In this document: positions 12,664-25,501 of the stretch, one piece after another | Layout: every line of letters starts with the position of its first letter | Position numbering within the stretch: position 1 is the first letter of the stretch | Source of the DNA: Vicugna vicugna | Taxonomy: Eukaryota | Direction: 5' to 3' | NCBI GenBank assembly: GCA_013265495.1 | Contig: MU058636.1 | Coordinates: 9,356,239-9,420,238 of the forward strand | DNA length: 64,000 nucleotides | Program-made: the position numbers and the translations under genes | The notes under the pieces: model-generated | Told to the model about the DNA's origin: nothing | Database searches by the model: none | Seen by the model: only the letters and a program-made list of their open reading frames with translations

Positions 12664-13863
12664 CTGCAGTCGCTCCCAAATATAACCCTACATATTATAT
12701 AAATCACAATGCTAATAAAAGTGCCTATGTTATGGAACTGTGAAACTTTGTTTAAAAAGTAATAATAATAGAAATAAAGAGTTGGGCACATGCCATGGCT
12801 TCTTGGAAAGCAACCATTGTTCGAGCATTCCATTCACCGAGAGCAACCACCATATTTATAGTACATAGCAGTTTACAAATTGCCCCACTTGATCCTCATA
12901 AGCCTGCGAGGTAAGTTTTATCAGGCTCATTTGATATTAAGGAAACCAAGGATTTGAAAAGGTACAGTTTTTCTTTCCTTTTCCCCCAGATCCCTGACCA
13001 CCCTGCGTTAAATCAGGACTCTGAATTACATGCTTTCCACAACACCCTCCTGCCACCCTCCACACTGCTCACCAGGGTTCTCCAATCTGATCACATTAAT
13101 TATCTTCTTCTCTCCCATCCAACATGGCTTCTCACATCTGTTTTTTCACAATACCCCATCACCACCACTTAGTATCTATAATGCACTGGATGGCTCTGCT
13201 TACGTCATTTCCCTTCTACCTCTCTGAAATTTGCAAGTCTCAGGCATCCAACCAGCACATGAATACCTCGAGTATAAGGGCCTTGCCACTTATGTACTCT
13301 CCTTCCCCCAGGCGCCAAGCACAGCTCTGTGTCCAGGGTAGGAGAGTACTTATTCCTCAAATGAACAGTTTGAAAATATGATCTTGAGCCGAATGCCTGG
13401 ATTTCACTCCTCTGAAGTCTGAGATGCCCTCTCTGCTCCCACCTTCCTTGCTCCTAATTATCCTGAAGACCCAGCTCACGTGTCACCTCCTTTGTGAAGC
13501 TGTCCTGACTCAACAGGGAAACATTAGTCACTGTCTCCCAGGATTTGTCACACTCTACACTGATCATTTACATGTCTGTCTCTCCCGTGAGACAACCTGG
13601 AAATACATGGAGCGATTGATACCAGCCATGCGGTTTCAAGTACTTCCCTAGACTCTTCTCTAATTGTTAATAGAAGGAACTCTTAACCCTAATTAGACTG
13701 TAAATTCCTTCAGAGTAGAGACTGTGTCTTGGCAGTTGTTTGTGGAGTGAATGCAGTCTTTGGGAAAAGATCTACTCTTAAGCAGTGAAATCATCTCCAC
13801 TGAAATGCGGTCATCCCTGAAAACGAACAAAACCACCCCAGAAAGCCTTCTTGAAAAAATCAC

Positions 13864-13951
13864 CCAAACATCTCTCAGAGGAAGCTGGTATATTTATCTG
13901 AATTTTTTTCCATAAACAAATCATTACATTCACAACACACTTGGCATAATC
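13864..13951 (-). pseudogene. Exon: unit-2 LC...SRC motif (3' end approximate)
   Basis: ttccttccaacag|(G)LCQVCC...LFMEKNS and, shifted, SSERCL, cf. HLCGD...SFSRCI. Confidence 0.7.
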
Positions 13952-14173
13952 CTGTTGGAAGGAAATTGACGATAAGCAAAGGTAGCTGTCATGTAAATCA
14001 TTGTTACAAAGAAAAGGTCTGATGCAGATATTTTTCACAACTCCAGGGTGAGCATATTTATGTGCTCCATAAAGATTTCATCTAATTTCTAAAATATATG
14101 GAATTTGGCTTCCCACAGCATATTTTACATTCCAGATAATGAAAAGTAATGAGCTGAATATAGTCTATTATAC

Positions 14174-14320
14174 CAAAGTGAATAGGATGGTCATTATTCA
14201 TCCTGAATATTGGAATCTATTTCCATTACATCTCAGTGAATTTGGTCTATGTTAACAATATCTTAGTGAGCTTCGTGGGTATGAAAATGTATTTAGAGTT
14301 CTTGATCAGGAATGGCAATC
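14174..14320 (-). pseudogene. Exon: unit-2 HPIHF motif
   Basis: gcgtag|...KILLT*TKFTEM*WK*...NDHPIHF|gtataa, cf. VHLSYVELKHMGQQ..GRYPVHF. Confidence 0.75.
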
Positions 14321-14479
14321 CTACGCATAGAAGATTGGCATTACGTATAGGAATAAATATAAAACCAGAGCTCAAGCTGCAGTATCAGGATCACCTAGGA
14401 AACTTGTTAAATATACAGATGCTCTGGCCTCAGCCCCAGAGATCTGAATCAACCGCTGTACTTTTTTTACCCCCCCAGT

Positions 14480-14560
14480 GGATCAAAAAATCTGGGGATT
14501 GAACCCAGGACCTCATGTATGCTAAGCATGTGCTCTACCACTGAGCTGTAACCCCACCCC
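14480..14560 (-). mobile_element. Vic-1-type SINE
   Basis: ggggattgaacccaggacctcatgtatgctaagc...ccactgagctgta. Confidence 0.85.
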
Positions 14561-14733
14561 TTGTACTTTTAATAATAGCAATAGTGATTCACACCAAAAT
14601 TTGGGAGCTAGTGGCTGGGGGGATAAACACCATGGTGTGCCGAAACCAGCTCCTATGACCAAGCCAGCCATGATGGCAGTAATTACACTACGGCAACTGA
14701 CAACTACTGTGTTGCTCAACATTTACCATTTAC

Positions 14734-14891
14734 CAGCACTCCACCAAATAAGGAATCAAAGCCTTGGGCTCTCTTTGTAAGAGAAGTTTTTGGATAAACT
14801 TTGGTCCTGCTGAAATTGTCTGGTAAACATTTTGTCATGGATTTAGGAAGGGGGTAGAGTGGAAACTCAAAGTCAACCAAGGTGTCAAATC
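14734..14891 (-). pseudogene. Exon: start of unit 2 (158 bp, still open)
   Basis: tacag|(G)FDTLVDFEFPLYP...FSRTKVYP...QGFDSLFGGVL|gtaaat, cf. LSRNI...FDFDTFGGHI. Confidence 0.75.
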
Positions 14892-15020
14892 CTGTATTTT
14901 CCTTTAATGAAGTGAAAATTAAATGGCCCAAGGAAATGAGTTAACAGTCATTTTAAAAGCAAAAAAATTAAAATTTCTTGAGATGGTAATTTTTTTAAGG
15001 AGTTATGGCCCAGGTTTTAC

Positions 15021-15388
15021 CCTGCGTGAGGTGACCGGGAAGATGTAGATTGGGTTGACTACAAATCTGCTTTGCCAAATTTCTCATATTTAATCAGATC
15101 CAACTGCCCTGTTGTCTTCCAACTGCAAACCAACTCTGACTCAAATAGGGGACCTGATAGGAAATATTCCATAGCACACACTCCCCCACCCTTCTGGACA
15201 GGTGGTCGGCATTTATGTTCACGCAATCACCTAAAAACAAACTGGAACTTGACAGATGATGGTCACTTAATATTTTATCAAGTAACACAGGAAACTCAGA
15301 GATCTGGCTTTTCGTTTTGGATTCTTTCTCCACTCCTGCCTTACACATGACATCTGGAATGCCTGGGTCAGCAAATCGTCCCATGACT
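15021..15388 (-). pseudogene. Two exons (15388-15345, 15230-15021): end of unit 1 / linker
   Basis: tttcag|..|gtaagg and tttttag|..|gtaaaa. Contains CPEGWGSVC at the position of CEMIP CSMKGC. Confidence 0.55.
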
Positions 15389-15785
15389 CTGAAACATATT
15401 CATACTCTAGAGGGTTGAGTGCAATGTCCCAGGGTGGGAAAATTAGTTTTGAAGGAGAAAAAAAAAACAACTTGCAGCTTCACTCACTGGTGTAAACTGA
15501 GTGATAAAAGCTTTTTAAAAAAATAACTGGCAGAGTGGACTAGGTCCTAAATCACAAGAGAATTAACAAAGCATAAGTTCTTTGTAGACAGTAATAAATA
15601 TACCAAAACTTTCTTAGAGACAAGTGTGCAATCTGACCACCATAAGGGGGTCATCTGTATTAACCGTCTCTGCCGGTTTTCCTGGCACAGCTGGGATTCT
15701 ATAAAATTCTATTTTCCCTAAAAAAAGATTTCTATTACTGACTAGCCAAATGGATTTCATGTATAATTCATAAAGATTAAGTAAC

Positions 15786-15918
15786 TTCGCATATCAGACA
15801 AAAAAGTTCATTAGCCAGATGATATGTCCCAATTTGAGATTTGGAGGCTATTAACACCATGTTTATAGAATGCATGATAAATTTTTCATAGCGAGATAGT
15901 TGTCCCAAAGTAGACTCT
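15786..15918 (-). pseudogene. Exon: unit-1 WDxxSG motif
   Basis: aaaacag| acceptor. NWDISSG**TFL (WDISSG at 15814-15831), cf. CEMIP YYWDEDSGLLFL. Confidence 0.65.
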
Positions 15919-16145
15919 CTGTTTTAAAATTAAGAACATGGACACAGAGACTCTGGCATCTTAAGTTTAAGTACAGGGCTATTTCTTGGCCTCTGCTCTG
16001 TCCTGAATCAAACCCTCTATCTGTCTTTAGGCTGAAAGTCTGTTGAATTAGACAAAGGCCAGCAGCCTCAAATGTCACAAGAAAAATTCATCAAAGCTTC
16101 TTAAGCTATAGGTGGACCTATGGAACTAAATAAAGAAAGAAAAAG

Positions 16146-16310
16146 TGGGGATGAATACAGCTCAGAGGTAAAGCGCCAGCTTGGCATGCATGAGGTCCTG
16201 GGTTCGATCCCCAGTGCCTCTATCAAAAAAATAACAATCAATAAAACTAATTACCTCCCTACCAAGGAAAAGAAAACAAGAACAAAAAATTAAAAACTAT
16301 TGAAAAAAGA
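16146..16310 (+). mobile_element. Vic-1-type SINE
   Basis: A/B boxes tacagctcagaggta...ggttcgatcccc, A-rich tail. Confidence 0.85.
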
Positions 16311-17066
16311 GAGAAAGAGATTGATACTAAAATCATTGTGCGGGAGTTAGAATGTTTTCCTAAATGCTGAGCTTGCTGCCATTTTCCAGTTCAGCGTCAG
16401 AGCTCTTCACAGGGCCCACGCCGAACACTGACTGCTGGCGTTTTGTTTGCCGTGTGAATGAGTGAAGGACTGGAATCGTAACAGGCTCACAACTTACTGT
16501 TGGTTTTGCTTTATATTCAACTATGCGAGTATTTTAAAAGTTCATGAAGAGTAAACTCAAATAGAAAAGCTAAAAGCACAAGGGATCCCATTGGGAGGTG
16601 TCAGGGTCCTGCTCACACTGTTGGCACGTCTTCCCTGTAACCGTATGGGACACGAGGGCCTCGAGCTGTCCGGAGAGATGGAGGGTGGAGGGACAGCCCT
16701 CTGTAAAGCTCGGTTCTTTCAACACAACGTGAGTCCCTCCAGACAGCCTATCCCCCGCCCCCCAAGAGTCCCTCCTGTTCGACTGCCCTGCTCTGGCCAA
16801 CCTCCGGCCATGCCTCTCTATGGGGGACAGTTCTGAGCCACCCAGTCCACGCCACCCTCCTCTCCTCCCCCACACCCCGGGTGGACTTCCCAGCCCAAGA
16901 GCTCTGGCCACTGCCAGGCTGCAGGAACCTTTTCTCTCCTCTGGAGAGCCCATCCTTTGGCCCAAGAGGTGGCAGAGGAATGGCTCTCCGCAGGACATGA
17001 GGGAGGTGGGTCTGGACAGAACTTGGTCATGCAGGCTGAGGTATCACAGACGCCCAGGTGAGGTAC

Positions 17067-17799
17067 CTCTCAGTGAGGGACATTGCTGAAAGTGGGAACA
17101 AAGTGGGAGTCAGCGTAATTTGTATTCTTGCCCCCAAATGATGGAGATGGATCCACTGAATCTGTCCTGTTGGGCATCGTATGACACTGGCCAGGAGACA
17201 TCGCCGTACACTTAAAAAGTCCCCTTGCTTTGCTCAGTAACTCATCATCATCAGGAATGCTATGAGTCCTCAATGTGCAGCAGACTCTGTGTTAAGTTTA
17301 CATGCATTCCCTCATTTCATTAACTATGCTATATAAGAAATAGTATCATTCCCATTTTACAGGTGAAGAAATCGAGGCTGAGAGGGCTTAAAGAATTTGT
17401 CCAGATTAACACAGGTCATAGCGGTGGGTCTCCAATCTGAGGAGAGAAGCCAAGAAGGCTGAATCAATGCAGGTGGGGGTTTGATTCCTGAGATGGAGAG
17501 AGAGCTGTCAACACCTAGGAGGTGGCAGGAAAGCACACTCCTGGAAATGGAATGGCTTAGAAAGAAGAGAAGCAAGTCAGGGGCCAAGGACAAGGTGCTG
17601 CCAAGAGCTGGAGGCCTTGTCGGGGCCAGATGAAAATTCCAGCTTCTCCTCTGAAGACAGCCCAGCTCCACCCACGAAATGTCTTAAAGCAAATCACTCA
17701 GGTAATCACACAGCAACCTCATAACCAGCTGGACCCAGACCAAATTCAATTTGGTTTGGAAGGAAGATTTTCATTTTAGACATAAGTAAACAACCGGCT
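17067..17799 (-). pseudogene. Two unit-1 C-terminal exons (17799-17718 and 17210-17067)
   Basis: KPN*...PAGYE remnant; YGDVSWPVSYDAQQDRFSGSISIIWGQEYKLR*, at the position of QYQPVVTLQKGYTIHW. Confidence 0.5.
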
Positions 17800-18199
17800 C
17801 TAAATGTTTGTAGTTCAAAGAAGGAGTTGCTTTTTTTTTTTAATTAAAGTGTAACTGGAAAATCTGTGAAAAGCCCTCATCCTGGGCTCCTTCACACAGT
17901 TCCAACAGCTGAAGTTGCTGTTGCTTGTTTCCTAGAAGCCCAGCAGGGTCCGTAGGGCTGAATTTCTGCAAGAGAGCTGACAGCAACCAGGTCAGTTAGA
18001 ATCAAGGTCAGGCATACAAATTCTGAGTGTGAATTATTTAACTTAAAACTATGTCTTTCATTAAGGTCCATTTGAAGTCAGCTTATTGAGTTTGGGGAGA
18101 AATTAAAGTAACAAAGAAAAGTGATCAAATTAATTTAAATATGGTTTCTACCTCTTTTTTCATAATTATGGAAGAGCTTTGAAAAATATCTGTATGTAA

Positions 18200-18652
18200 G
18201 TGACATAGAAAGCAAATTCAGAGGGGAGGGTATAGCTCAAGTGGTGGAGCGCATGCTTAGCATGTATGAGGTCTTGGGTTCAATCCCCAGGACTTCCTCT
18301 GAAGATAAATAAACCAAATTACTCCCCACCACTGCCAAAATAAAATAATTAAATAATACAGTAATAAATAAATAAATTTTTTTTTGAAAAAAGAAAGCAA
18401 ACTTACAGTTACCAAAGGGGAAAGGGCAGGGAGGGATAAATTAGGAATTTAAGATTAACAGATACACACTACTATATATAAAATAGATAAATAACAGACA
18501 CCTACTGCATAGCACAGGGACCTATATTCAATATCTTGTAATAACCTATAATGGAAAAGAATATATATGTATATATGTATAACTGAATACTGTGCTGTAC
18601 ATCTGAAACTAACACAACATTGTAAATCAACTATAGTTCAATAATTTTTTTT
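18200..18652 (+). mobile_element. L1 3' UTR with a nested Vic-1 SINE (~18222-18392)
   Basis: SINE flanked by duplicated agaaagcaaa target inside an L1 3' end. Confidence 0.85.
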
Positions 18653-18794
18653 AAATCTGTATATAAGTGAACAAAGAAGACTTCATCACTTTCTAAACAC
18701 ACAAATTTTAGAACACTGAGCAGAAGGACAACGCATAGTATCAGTGCTGTGATAATAAGAATAAAGCACAAGGAATATCACACTCTCTTCTTAC

Positions 18795-18940
18795 TTGGCA
18801 ATTCTGCTCGAGGGGCTATATCCCTGCCCGTTCTCCATGAATGAGATCTCTAGCAAAAAACTTCACTCTTCCTTCTCTGACTAGATAGTCCGACATTTCC
18901 CACCCTGGTCGTTGCCAAAATCAAAAGGAACAATTCATAC
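18795..18940 (-). pseudogene. Exon: unit-1 segment equivalent to VFFG...DGD...FHDVDG
   Basis: Strong sites ttcctcttgcag| and |gtaaga. PFDFGND then, shifted, PGWEMSDYLVREGRVKFFARDLIHG. Stops in all frames. Confidence 0.7.
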
Positions 18941-19501
18941 CTGCAAGAGGAAAAACAAAAATTTTCAGAGTAAGAAATGATTACAGCAGGAATGAAGGAA
19001 CACGAATCGAACCTTCCAACAGGCCTGCTGGTGCCTGCCCCGCCGATGATAAAACTAGATCTGTCTGTCTCTGGAGCACTCTTCTGCTCATGAAGGCACT
19101 AAATACATGTTAGTATCTTGTAAGCCTCACAGCACTTCACCTGAATTATCACCCCCGCTTTGTACAGTTTAAGGGAATGAAAATGCAGTGGTCGATGAAT
19201 TTTGATTTCATTTAAACTTTTTCTTAATTTCCTTGAACTTTCATTTTTTTTTGTTACTACTAATGACTCTTTAAATGTACCAATGAGTCAAAAGTGGCTC
19301 GTTAAGGAGTGAACATGGGGTGAAAATCAAAACATGAATATTCCAACTCAGAAGAACTTCATAATAAAGAAGAGTGTAAATATGGAGTCTGACTCTGCCC
19401 GTGTTAGGCTGGGGAATCCATAAAGAAAGATTTCCCACAAGCATCCAAGGAATGACAAATATTTGAAAACTGAATTTTACCGGATTGTCTTTTTGTTTAA
19501 C

Positions 19502-19672
19502 CTGAGTCCTAAGTGTTTTCTTTTAAGAAGCCTTGTCATATTATGGCATTAACCACAGATGCTTTTGCATCATTTTTCAAATAAAGAAAAATTGTTTTAT
19601 GATGAACTGACTGAGTCTCTCCGGAACTTCCCAGGGCGAAGCGGACATTCTTGCCGCTGTGAGTGGTACAGT
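19502..19672 (-). pseudogene. Exon remnant at the position of the FPIRG..YDGP segment
   Basis: ccccgctag|TVPLTAARMSASPWEV...IKQF. Similarity modest; 3' end uncertain. Confidence 0.4.
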
Positions 19673-19905
19673 CTAGCGGGGAAGGGTACAGGCTTTGCAA
19701 ACTAGACATCTTGGGTGGAAATCCCAGCTGTGCCACTTTCTCGTTTTGTGACTTTGGGCAAGTTACTTTGGAAAAAATGTTCCTCTGCCACCCTTCCCTC
19801 ACGTGTAAAGTGGTGATAATAATAGCATCTCATCTTACAGATTTGTTGTGAGGACGAAATGCATGGAGAGAGCTGAGAACGATGCCTGGGAAGCGGCAAA
19901 CACAC

Positions 19906-20079
19906 AGTAAGCTCTAGCGACGACTGAAGGCAAAGAGAGTCCAGCTCCGTCCAGGGCGATCTCAGCGTCACACTCCTCGTGTAGACGCAGGTCCAGATGA
20001 TCGTAATCTCAGATGTGGAGAAATAGCTTGGTAAGAGATTGGCAGAACCTTTATCATATGGAGCCATGGAGATTGCATA
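19906..20079 (-). pseudogene. Exon: PYDKGS motif
   Basis: tttatag|YAISMAPYDKGSANLL..., cf. CEMIP GLTLASGGTFPYDDGSKQEI. Motif at 20044-20061. Confidence 0.75.
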
Positions 20080-20160
20080 CTATAAACAGCGTACCAGGCA
20101 GAAGGGCAATGACTCATACCTGTGCTGCTGGCACAGAGTCCACAGTTGGATGAAGATGTA

Positions 20161-20870
20161 TGTTATATAACAAAGCATCTGTCTGGTCTTTGTCCCAGGC
20201 TCCTGAGATGGAATTTGTGAACCCTTCCCTCAGTGATAGGAGTGTTTCTGTTATTCATGGTGAGCCCCATTGTGGGTCCCTCGATGGTTTCAGGAAGGGA
20301 GCTGGCCATGTACAGAAGACCTACTGTGTGTGTGTAATTAGTAGGTTGGGGCTTGGAGCCACATATTAGATGTGCTTCCGAGGAGGGGAGGGACATCGAG
20401 CTCAACCACGTGGCCAGGGATTTAATCAGTCACACCTATGTGGTGAAATCCCTATAAAAACACTGAACACTGCAGCTCAGTTGAGCTTCCTGGAATGAGC
20501 AGATCGATGTGACACGTCCTGATTTCACAGGGAGAGGGTACGGAAACTGTGTTCAGGACTGTCCTGGTCCTTGCCCCGTGCGCTGCTTATTTGGGCTGGT
20601 CTTGATTTAGATCCCTTATAATACAACTGTCATCGTTAAGTATTGAGCTTTCCTGAGTCCTGTGAGTCATACAGAAAATGATCAAACCTGAGGTGGTCCT
20701 CGAGACTCCTGAATTTGTAGCCAGTTGGTCAGAAGTCTCGAATGTCCTGAGGACTCCTGAACTTGCAGCTGGCATCTGAAGTTTGTAGCGTTGTTGGGGA
20801 CCCTGCCCTGGACCTGTGCAGAGTGCACTGACCCAGGGTGGTTAGAGTGAGCAGTGAGCTGCAGTATTGT
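20161..20870 (+). mobile_element. MER21-like LTR
   Basis: gaatttgtagccagttggtcagaag, acttgcagctggcatctgaagt motifs. Confidence 0.7.
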
Positions 20871-21134
20871 GCTGGATGAGTTAGCCCTTCGCATATGTGA
20901 ACTGTGTATGGAATCGATAGGCTTAAAGATACTTGAACCTATTCAACACTGATGCTACAATTTAGAACAGGAAAGGGGTTTCCTTTCTTTGGTTTTTGTT
21001 TTGTTTTTAAGTTAAGGATCTTTTTATAAGCCATAGAGAAGACTGAAAAAAGCTATTTTGACATTAATACTGACAAAGCATGAGTTAAAGGCTCAGCAAG
21101 GAAGGGTCTCGGCCGCCATCCGTTGAGCATTTCA

Positions 21135-21195
21135 CAGAGAGACAGCAGCTGTCAGTCAATAACTGACTCCTCCTCTTAATTCCACGGTTACGGTG
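21135..21195 (-). pseudogene. Exon remnant: RGG...DSC motif
   Basis: LRGG and, shifted, LLTDSC, cf. AWLRGGDVWLDSC. Splice sites eroded. Confidence 0.5.
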
Positions 21196-21692
21196 AGAGG
21201 GACAATTGTGATGCAATCAAATTAAGCCTATGGAATAAATATATTTTCAGCCTACGGTGCAGTTGGATTGGCATATAAGCCTAGTTTTTCACTCTGAAGT
21301 TCCCTGACTCTCAAAGGAGAAGATGCTCATATCAGTCTTTGAAATTAAAGTTTTGATAAAACCAGCTCATCACGACACATATAAGGCCACTAAAAACCAT
21401 TTCTACGATTTCATGAAGCTTATTCAAGTGTCACAGCTTAACAATATGTCAAGACTCCCAAAGAGCCTAAACCTGTCACCTCAGAGGTGATATTTCAAGA
21501 TGTTACTGCCGAGGATAGGCTCTTAGGATCTTATAAGAAAGCCAAGATATGATGGACCGATTGCCGAAAGGGTGACTCTCCAAAAAGTATGCGAAATACT
21601 TCACTCAACAGAGGAGTTAGTGAGCTTCATATTATCTGGTTATATTTTTAAAACCACCTTCGAGTGAAGCAATGGAAAGGGGGAAAAATTAC

Positions 21693-22132
21693 TTTCCAGA
21701 GGGGAAAGTAATCAAGGAGCAGATTAGGAAACCATAGCTGCTTTATCCCAAGCTGAACCACTCATAAAGCTGCCAGCTTTACACCCGGCAGAGTTCCCAA
21801 AGTCGTCTTCAGTGACAGATCTCTCCGGAAGTCTGAGCTCTTGCATTGCCTTGCCTTGCCTGAAAAATAGTTAGCAAAGTCACAGATCACTTGTTTTCTT
21901 TTTGATTTAGCAGTTCTAATTTAGTGAAATAAAGAAAGAAAGAGAGAATAAGAAAAGAAACATATTGAATGCTAAACCTCACTTAAGGCTAATATTATCT
22001 ACCATCAAGCTGGATACCGTATCTTGGGAATTATCCATTTAACTAATATGAATTCACCATTTGAAAAATTATTTTCCTTAACAAGAGCAATGGCATTCAT
22101 TTTACACTGATGTAAAACTGACAGTATGCTTC
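21693..22132 (-). pseudogene. Unit-1 beta-helix exons (22132-22058 weak; 21859-21693 clear)
   Basis: EAYCQFYIS (cf. AVSTFWIA). tttttcag|..GNA/..SSDFRRDL...PNLLLDYFPLWK|gtaatt, cf. NNRAHSNYRAG...PAIIRHFIAYK. Confidence 0.65.
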
Positions 22133-22149
22133 CTGGATACCCATTAACT

Positions 22150-24190
22150 GAGCCTCAAAGTCCAAAAATGGGCCAGACAGGAGACAGGACTTCTGGAAGG
22201 GGGACATATCTGGATGAGGATCTGGGTGAATGCTCTACCCAGCAAAGCACGATTTAACTGGTCGAAGTTATTAAACTAGAAACAGAGAAAACAACCATTT
22301 AAAAATCTCTGGAAATTGCCCTAAGGCTATATAACAATTGGAGAGGTATTTACTCAAATTATGCTAAATGTTGATTAAAAATAGAGAAAGTTTTTACCTT
22401 TGGAGTTAGGACTTGCTCCCATCACCCCATCCCCCGGGCACACTCCACGTGATGGAGGAACTACTCACCGTGAGTGCTGGTGAAAGATGGGGTTCTCCTG
22501 CTCCCCTGAGCTCCCTTAGCTTCTAGTCTAGGGCTATGACTCACCCTGGAGGAGCAGACCACAAGGATCTTTCATTCCCCACAGGCTTATGTTGCGAAAG
22601 CCCCGCTCAGAGCAGGCATGGCAGAGAAATGGGACTCCCTTCGCCCCACCCAGCTCATCCAGAGAAGAAGGGCTGTGCTCCAGGTACTAAAAGCTGAGAA
22701 TACGGGGCCTGATTGTCTCCATGGGGAGGAGGTCTCACAGCAGTGCTGCAAGTCAGGAAGACAAAGGGCTACCACCCCCTCAGCACTGCTTAGAGAGCAT
22801 GCTGTCACCCTGGGAGAAGAGGGCTGCTGTCCCCATCTCCAGCTCTGGGGCAGTAGCTCTGAGGTTCTCAAGGGAATGGCAGGCTGTAAAACTGGAGAAC
22901 TTCACGGCTCTGCCTGAAGGGAATGACTTCGGAATAGAGCATGGAGAAGTTCATGCCTAGCGGTGGTGTTGAAAACTGGCAAGATTGGTGGCCAGCAATT
23001 GAGAAGGGGGTGGTAGCCCCATGATTCTGGTAGCAACCAGCAGAATGGCGGCACTGCCAGTTTATGAATGGAGAGAATCAGGGCAAGACTCAGCCAAGAA
23101 GAGTCTTGCTGCGATCACATTTGTCCCTGGGGTTCCAAAACACTGTGCACATGCTCTAGGCTGCACCCCCTCCGGAGCAATTAAACAGGATCTGACACTG
23201 TCAGTTGCTGGCAAGGGTACAGAAGAGCAGGCATGCTCATTCACTGAGAGAAAACCGTCAATGTTGCATTGTTGTTATGGTACAGCCACGCTGGAAGAGA
23301 GTTTGGCAGTTTCCTTACAAAGGTAAACACAGTCTTAGCGTATGGTCCAGCAATCAGGGTCCTAGGTACTTAATCAACTGATTTGTAAACTTGGGTTCAT
23401 GCAAAACCAGAAAGCAATTGTTTATTGATTCACACTTGCCAAAAGAGGACATTCACACACTAATGTCCTTCAATAGGTGAATGAATAAACAAATTGTGCT
23501 GTATCCATACAATGGGACACCATTCAGTAATAAAAAGGAGTGAGCATCAGGCCATACAGAGACATGAATGACTCGCAAATACATCTTGCAAAGTGGAGGA
23601 AACTGGCCCAGAAAGGCTACAGACTATATAGTTCCATTTATATGACTTTCTGGAAAAAGCAAAACCGTAAAGACAGTAAAATTACAGTGGCTGTTAGGAG
23701 ATGGGGTGGGGAGGGAGGGTTGAAAAGGTGAAACACAAGGAATTTTTCAGGGCAGTGACATGATTCTATATGTTCTATTGGTGGCTATGTGACACCATGC
23801 ATTTGCCAATACCCATTGAACTTTATAGCATAAAGAGTGGACCTTAGTGTATGTATGAAAAATTTTAAAAGCATCATTTAGGAAGTCAGGGGAAGCCCAA
23901 TGGAACTGAGAATGTGGAAAAAATAACCTAAATAAAAATACAGAATTGAAGGGAAAGATAGACCATTCAGTGATAATAGTTGAGGACTTCAATGTCCAAC
24001 TTTCACCAATGGCTAGAACAACAAAGCAGAAAGTCAATAAGGACATAGGAAATTTGTACAACTGTTACCCAGCTAGATCTAACAGACATCTATAGAACTC
24101 TTCTCCCCACCACAGCCGAATCTATAGTTCCCTCAGGTACACGTGGACCATTCTCTCTAGACTACAGCTAGACCATAAAAACCGGCCTAT
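22150..24190 (+). mobile_element. Old L1 fragments (5' region, 3' UTR and ORF2 pieces)
   Basis: ggacttc.gg...tgctctacccagc L1M 5'-like; atagttgaggacttcaat and ctaacagacatctatagaac ORF2-like. Confidence 0.55.
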
Positions 24191-24239
24191 TGGTTAATAA
24201 TCTAAATTCTTGGACATAATGGACAAGATCTTGGTTTGA

Positions 24240-25250
24240 TTCATGAAGTTTAATAAATATTTATTGAACATCTATTAAGTGACAAGGACTGATCTGGAGG
24301 CAGGCGTAGCAATAACCAAGAAAGACAAGGCCTCTGCCTTCAAGAAAATTACAATCAGGAAAGGCGGACACACAAGTAAACAGAAATTTCAGATAGTTGC
24401 AGAGTGTTTACGAAGGCCCTGAAGATGACGCAGAAAGTCGGGAGGGGCTGTAGAGAGACAAAGAGAATGTGGACAAGAGGAGGTCAGCGACACAGGCAAG
24501 AGGGAAACTCATAGCCCAAGCCTGTAGCCCTTCTGGACTTCAGTTAGGGGTTTGATTGTATTCAGAGGTGATGAAAGGACGGCCAATGTCCAAGTTAGGG
24601 AAGCAGCATGATCAGATTGATATTTTTATAAATAGGTAATTCCTACAAAAACACAAGAGAGTTGAGTGGCAAGGACGAGAGTTGCAGTCCTGGTGGCTGT
24701 GGAGACAAACAGGCAGATGTAGGGTTTGTTCTGGATATGGGTTCAGATGTGAAAATGAAGAATGAAGGGTGACTTTTCAATTTTCAGCTGCAGTAACTGT
24801 AGGTATGGTTACTACCGACAGATGGATACAACTGGAGGAGGAAATGAGTGTAAGAGAGAAATCACAGGTTCTGTTCTGGGTGTAGTTACCTTGAACGTTG
24901 TTAGTGATCTCCATGGAAGCAGCTAGGCGGCAGCTGGACCTTTGGCTCTGGTGCTGGGAGAGCAGTGAGGAAGGTGATGCAGACGTAGCTGTCTTCATCA
25001 GTTAAGTGGCAGACTGAGTCTCTGTCCCACTCACTGGCTTCATTCTACTCCAGCTCTGCCCTCTTGATGGGAGGTACTACTTCCACTTCCTTACTGTGCC
25101 CAACTACTCTTTGCCTCCACGCCTTTGTCCATCTGCACTTGCTTCCTGGAAGCCCTCTCCCACAACATCCAACTGGTGAATACCTATCAATTTTCTATTT
25201 CTGAGAAAGAATTTGCAAGTAATACTCACTTATATGTTACCCACAACTTT
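24240..25250 (-). mobile_element. L2 LINE remnants
   Basis: taataaatatttattgaacatcta L2 3' end and downstream L2-like segments. Confidence 0.55.
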
Positions 25251-25501
25251 GCAAGCTATAATCCCTGTCTCCACCTAATCTTTGCTTACCTAAAACATCC
25301 CAAAAAGCAAAACAACAGCAAAACTCACAGAAACTAAAAATGTATGTGCCAAACTTGAACCAAAGCCGGGTCCTCAAGATCTGAACCCAAAATCGAAGCC
25401 AATCTGTTAAGCATTCTCACAGTGCACTCAGCCCTAGATTTCAGTTAACGATTCTGCCTGAAAATTCTATCCTAAAACTCTTGAGGAATCTGTTTCTTTA
25501 C

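Noticed and set aside
16570..16998. 142-aa minus-strand ORF inside the pseudogene span
   Set aside because: Mostly GC-rich intron-like sequence. A part (~16737-16620) may be the missing unit-1 GLCYP exon, but I see no motif support.
17067..17210. YGDVSWP...GQEYKL resembles a CBM48 glycogen-binding domain
   Set aside because: Its position in the collinear series is better explained as the CEMIP C-terminal module.
19915..19975. IALDGAGLSLPSVVA resembles the HAL/PAL ammonia-lyase N-terminus
   Set aside because: No other lyase motifs nearby, and the same exon fits the CEMIP-like series (PYDKGS).
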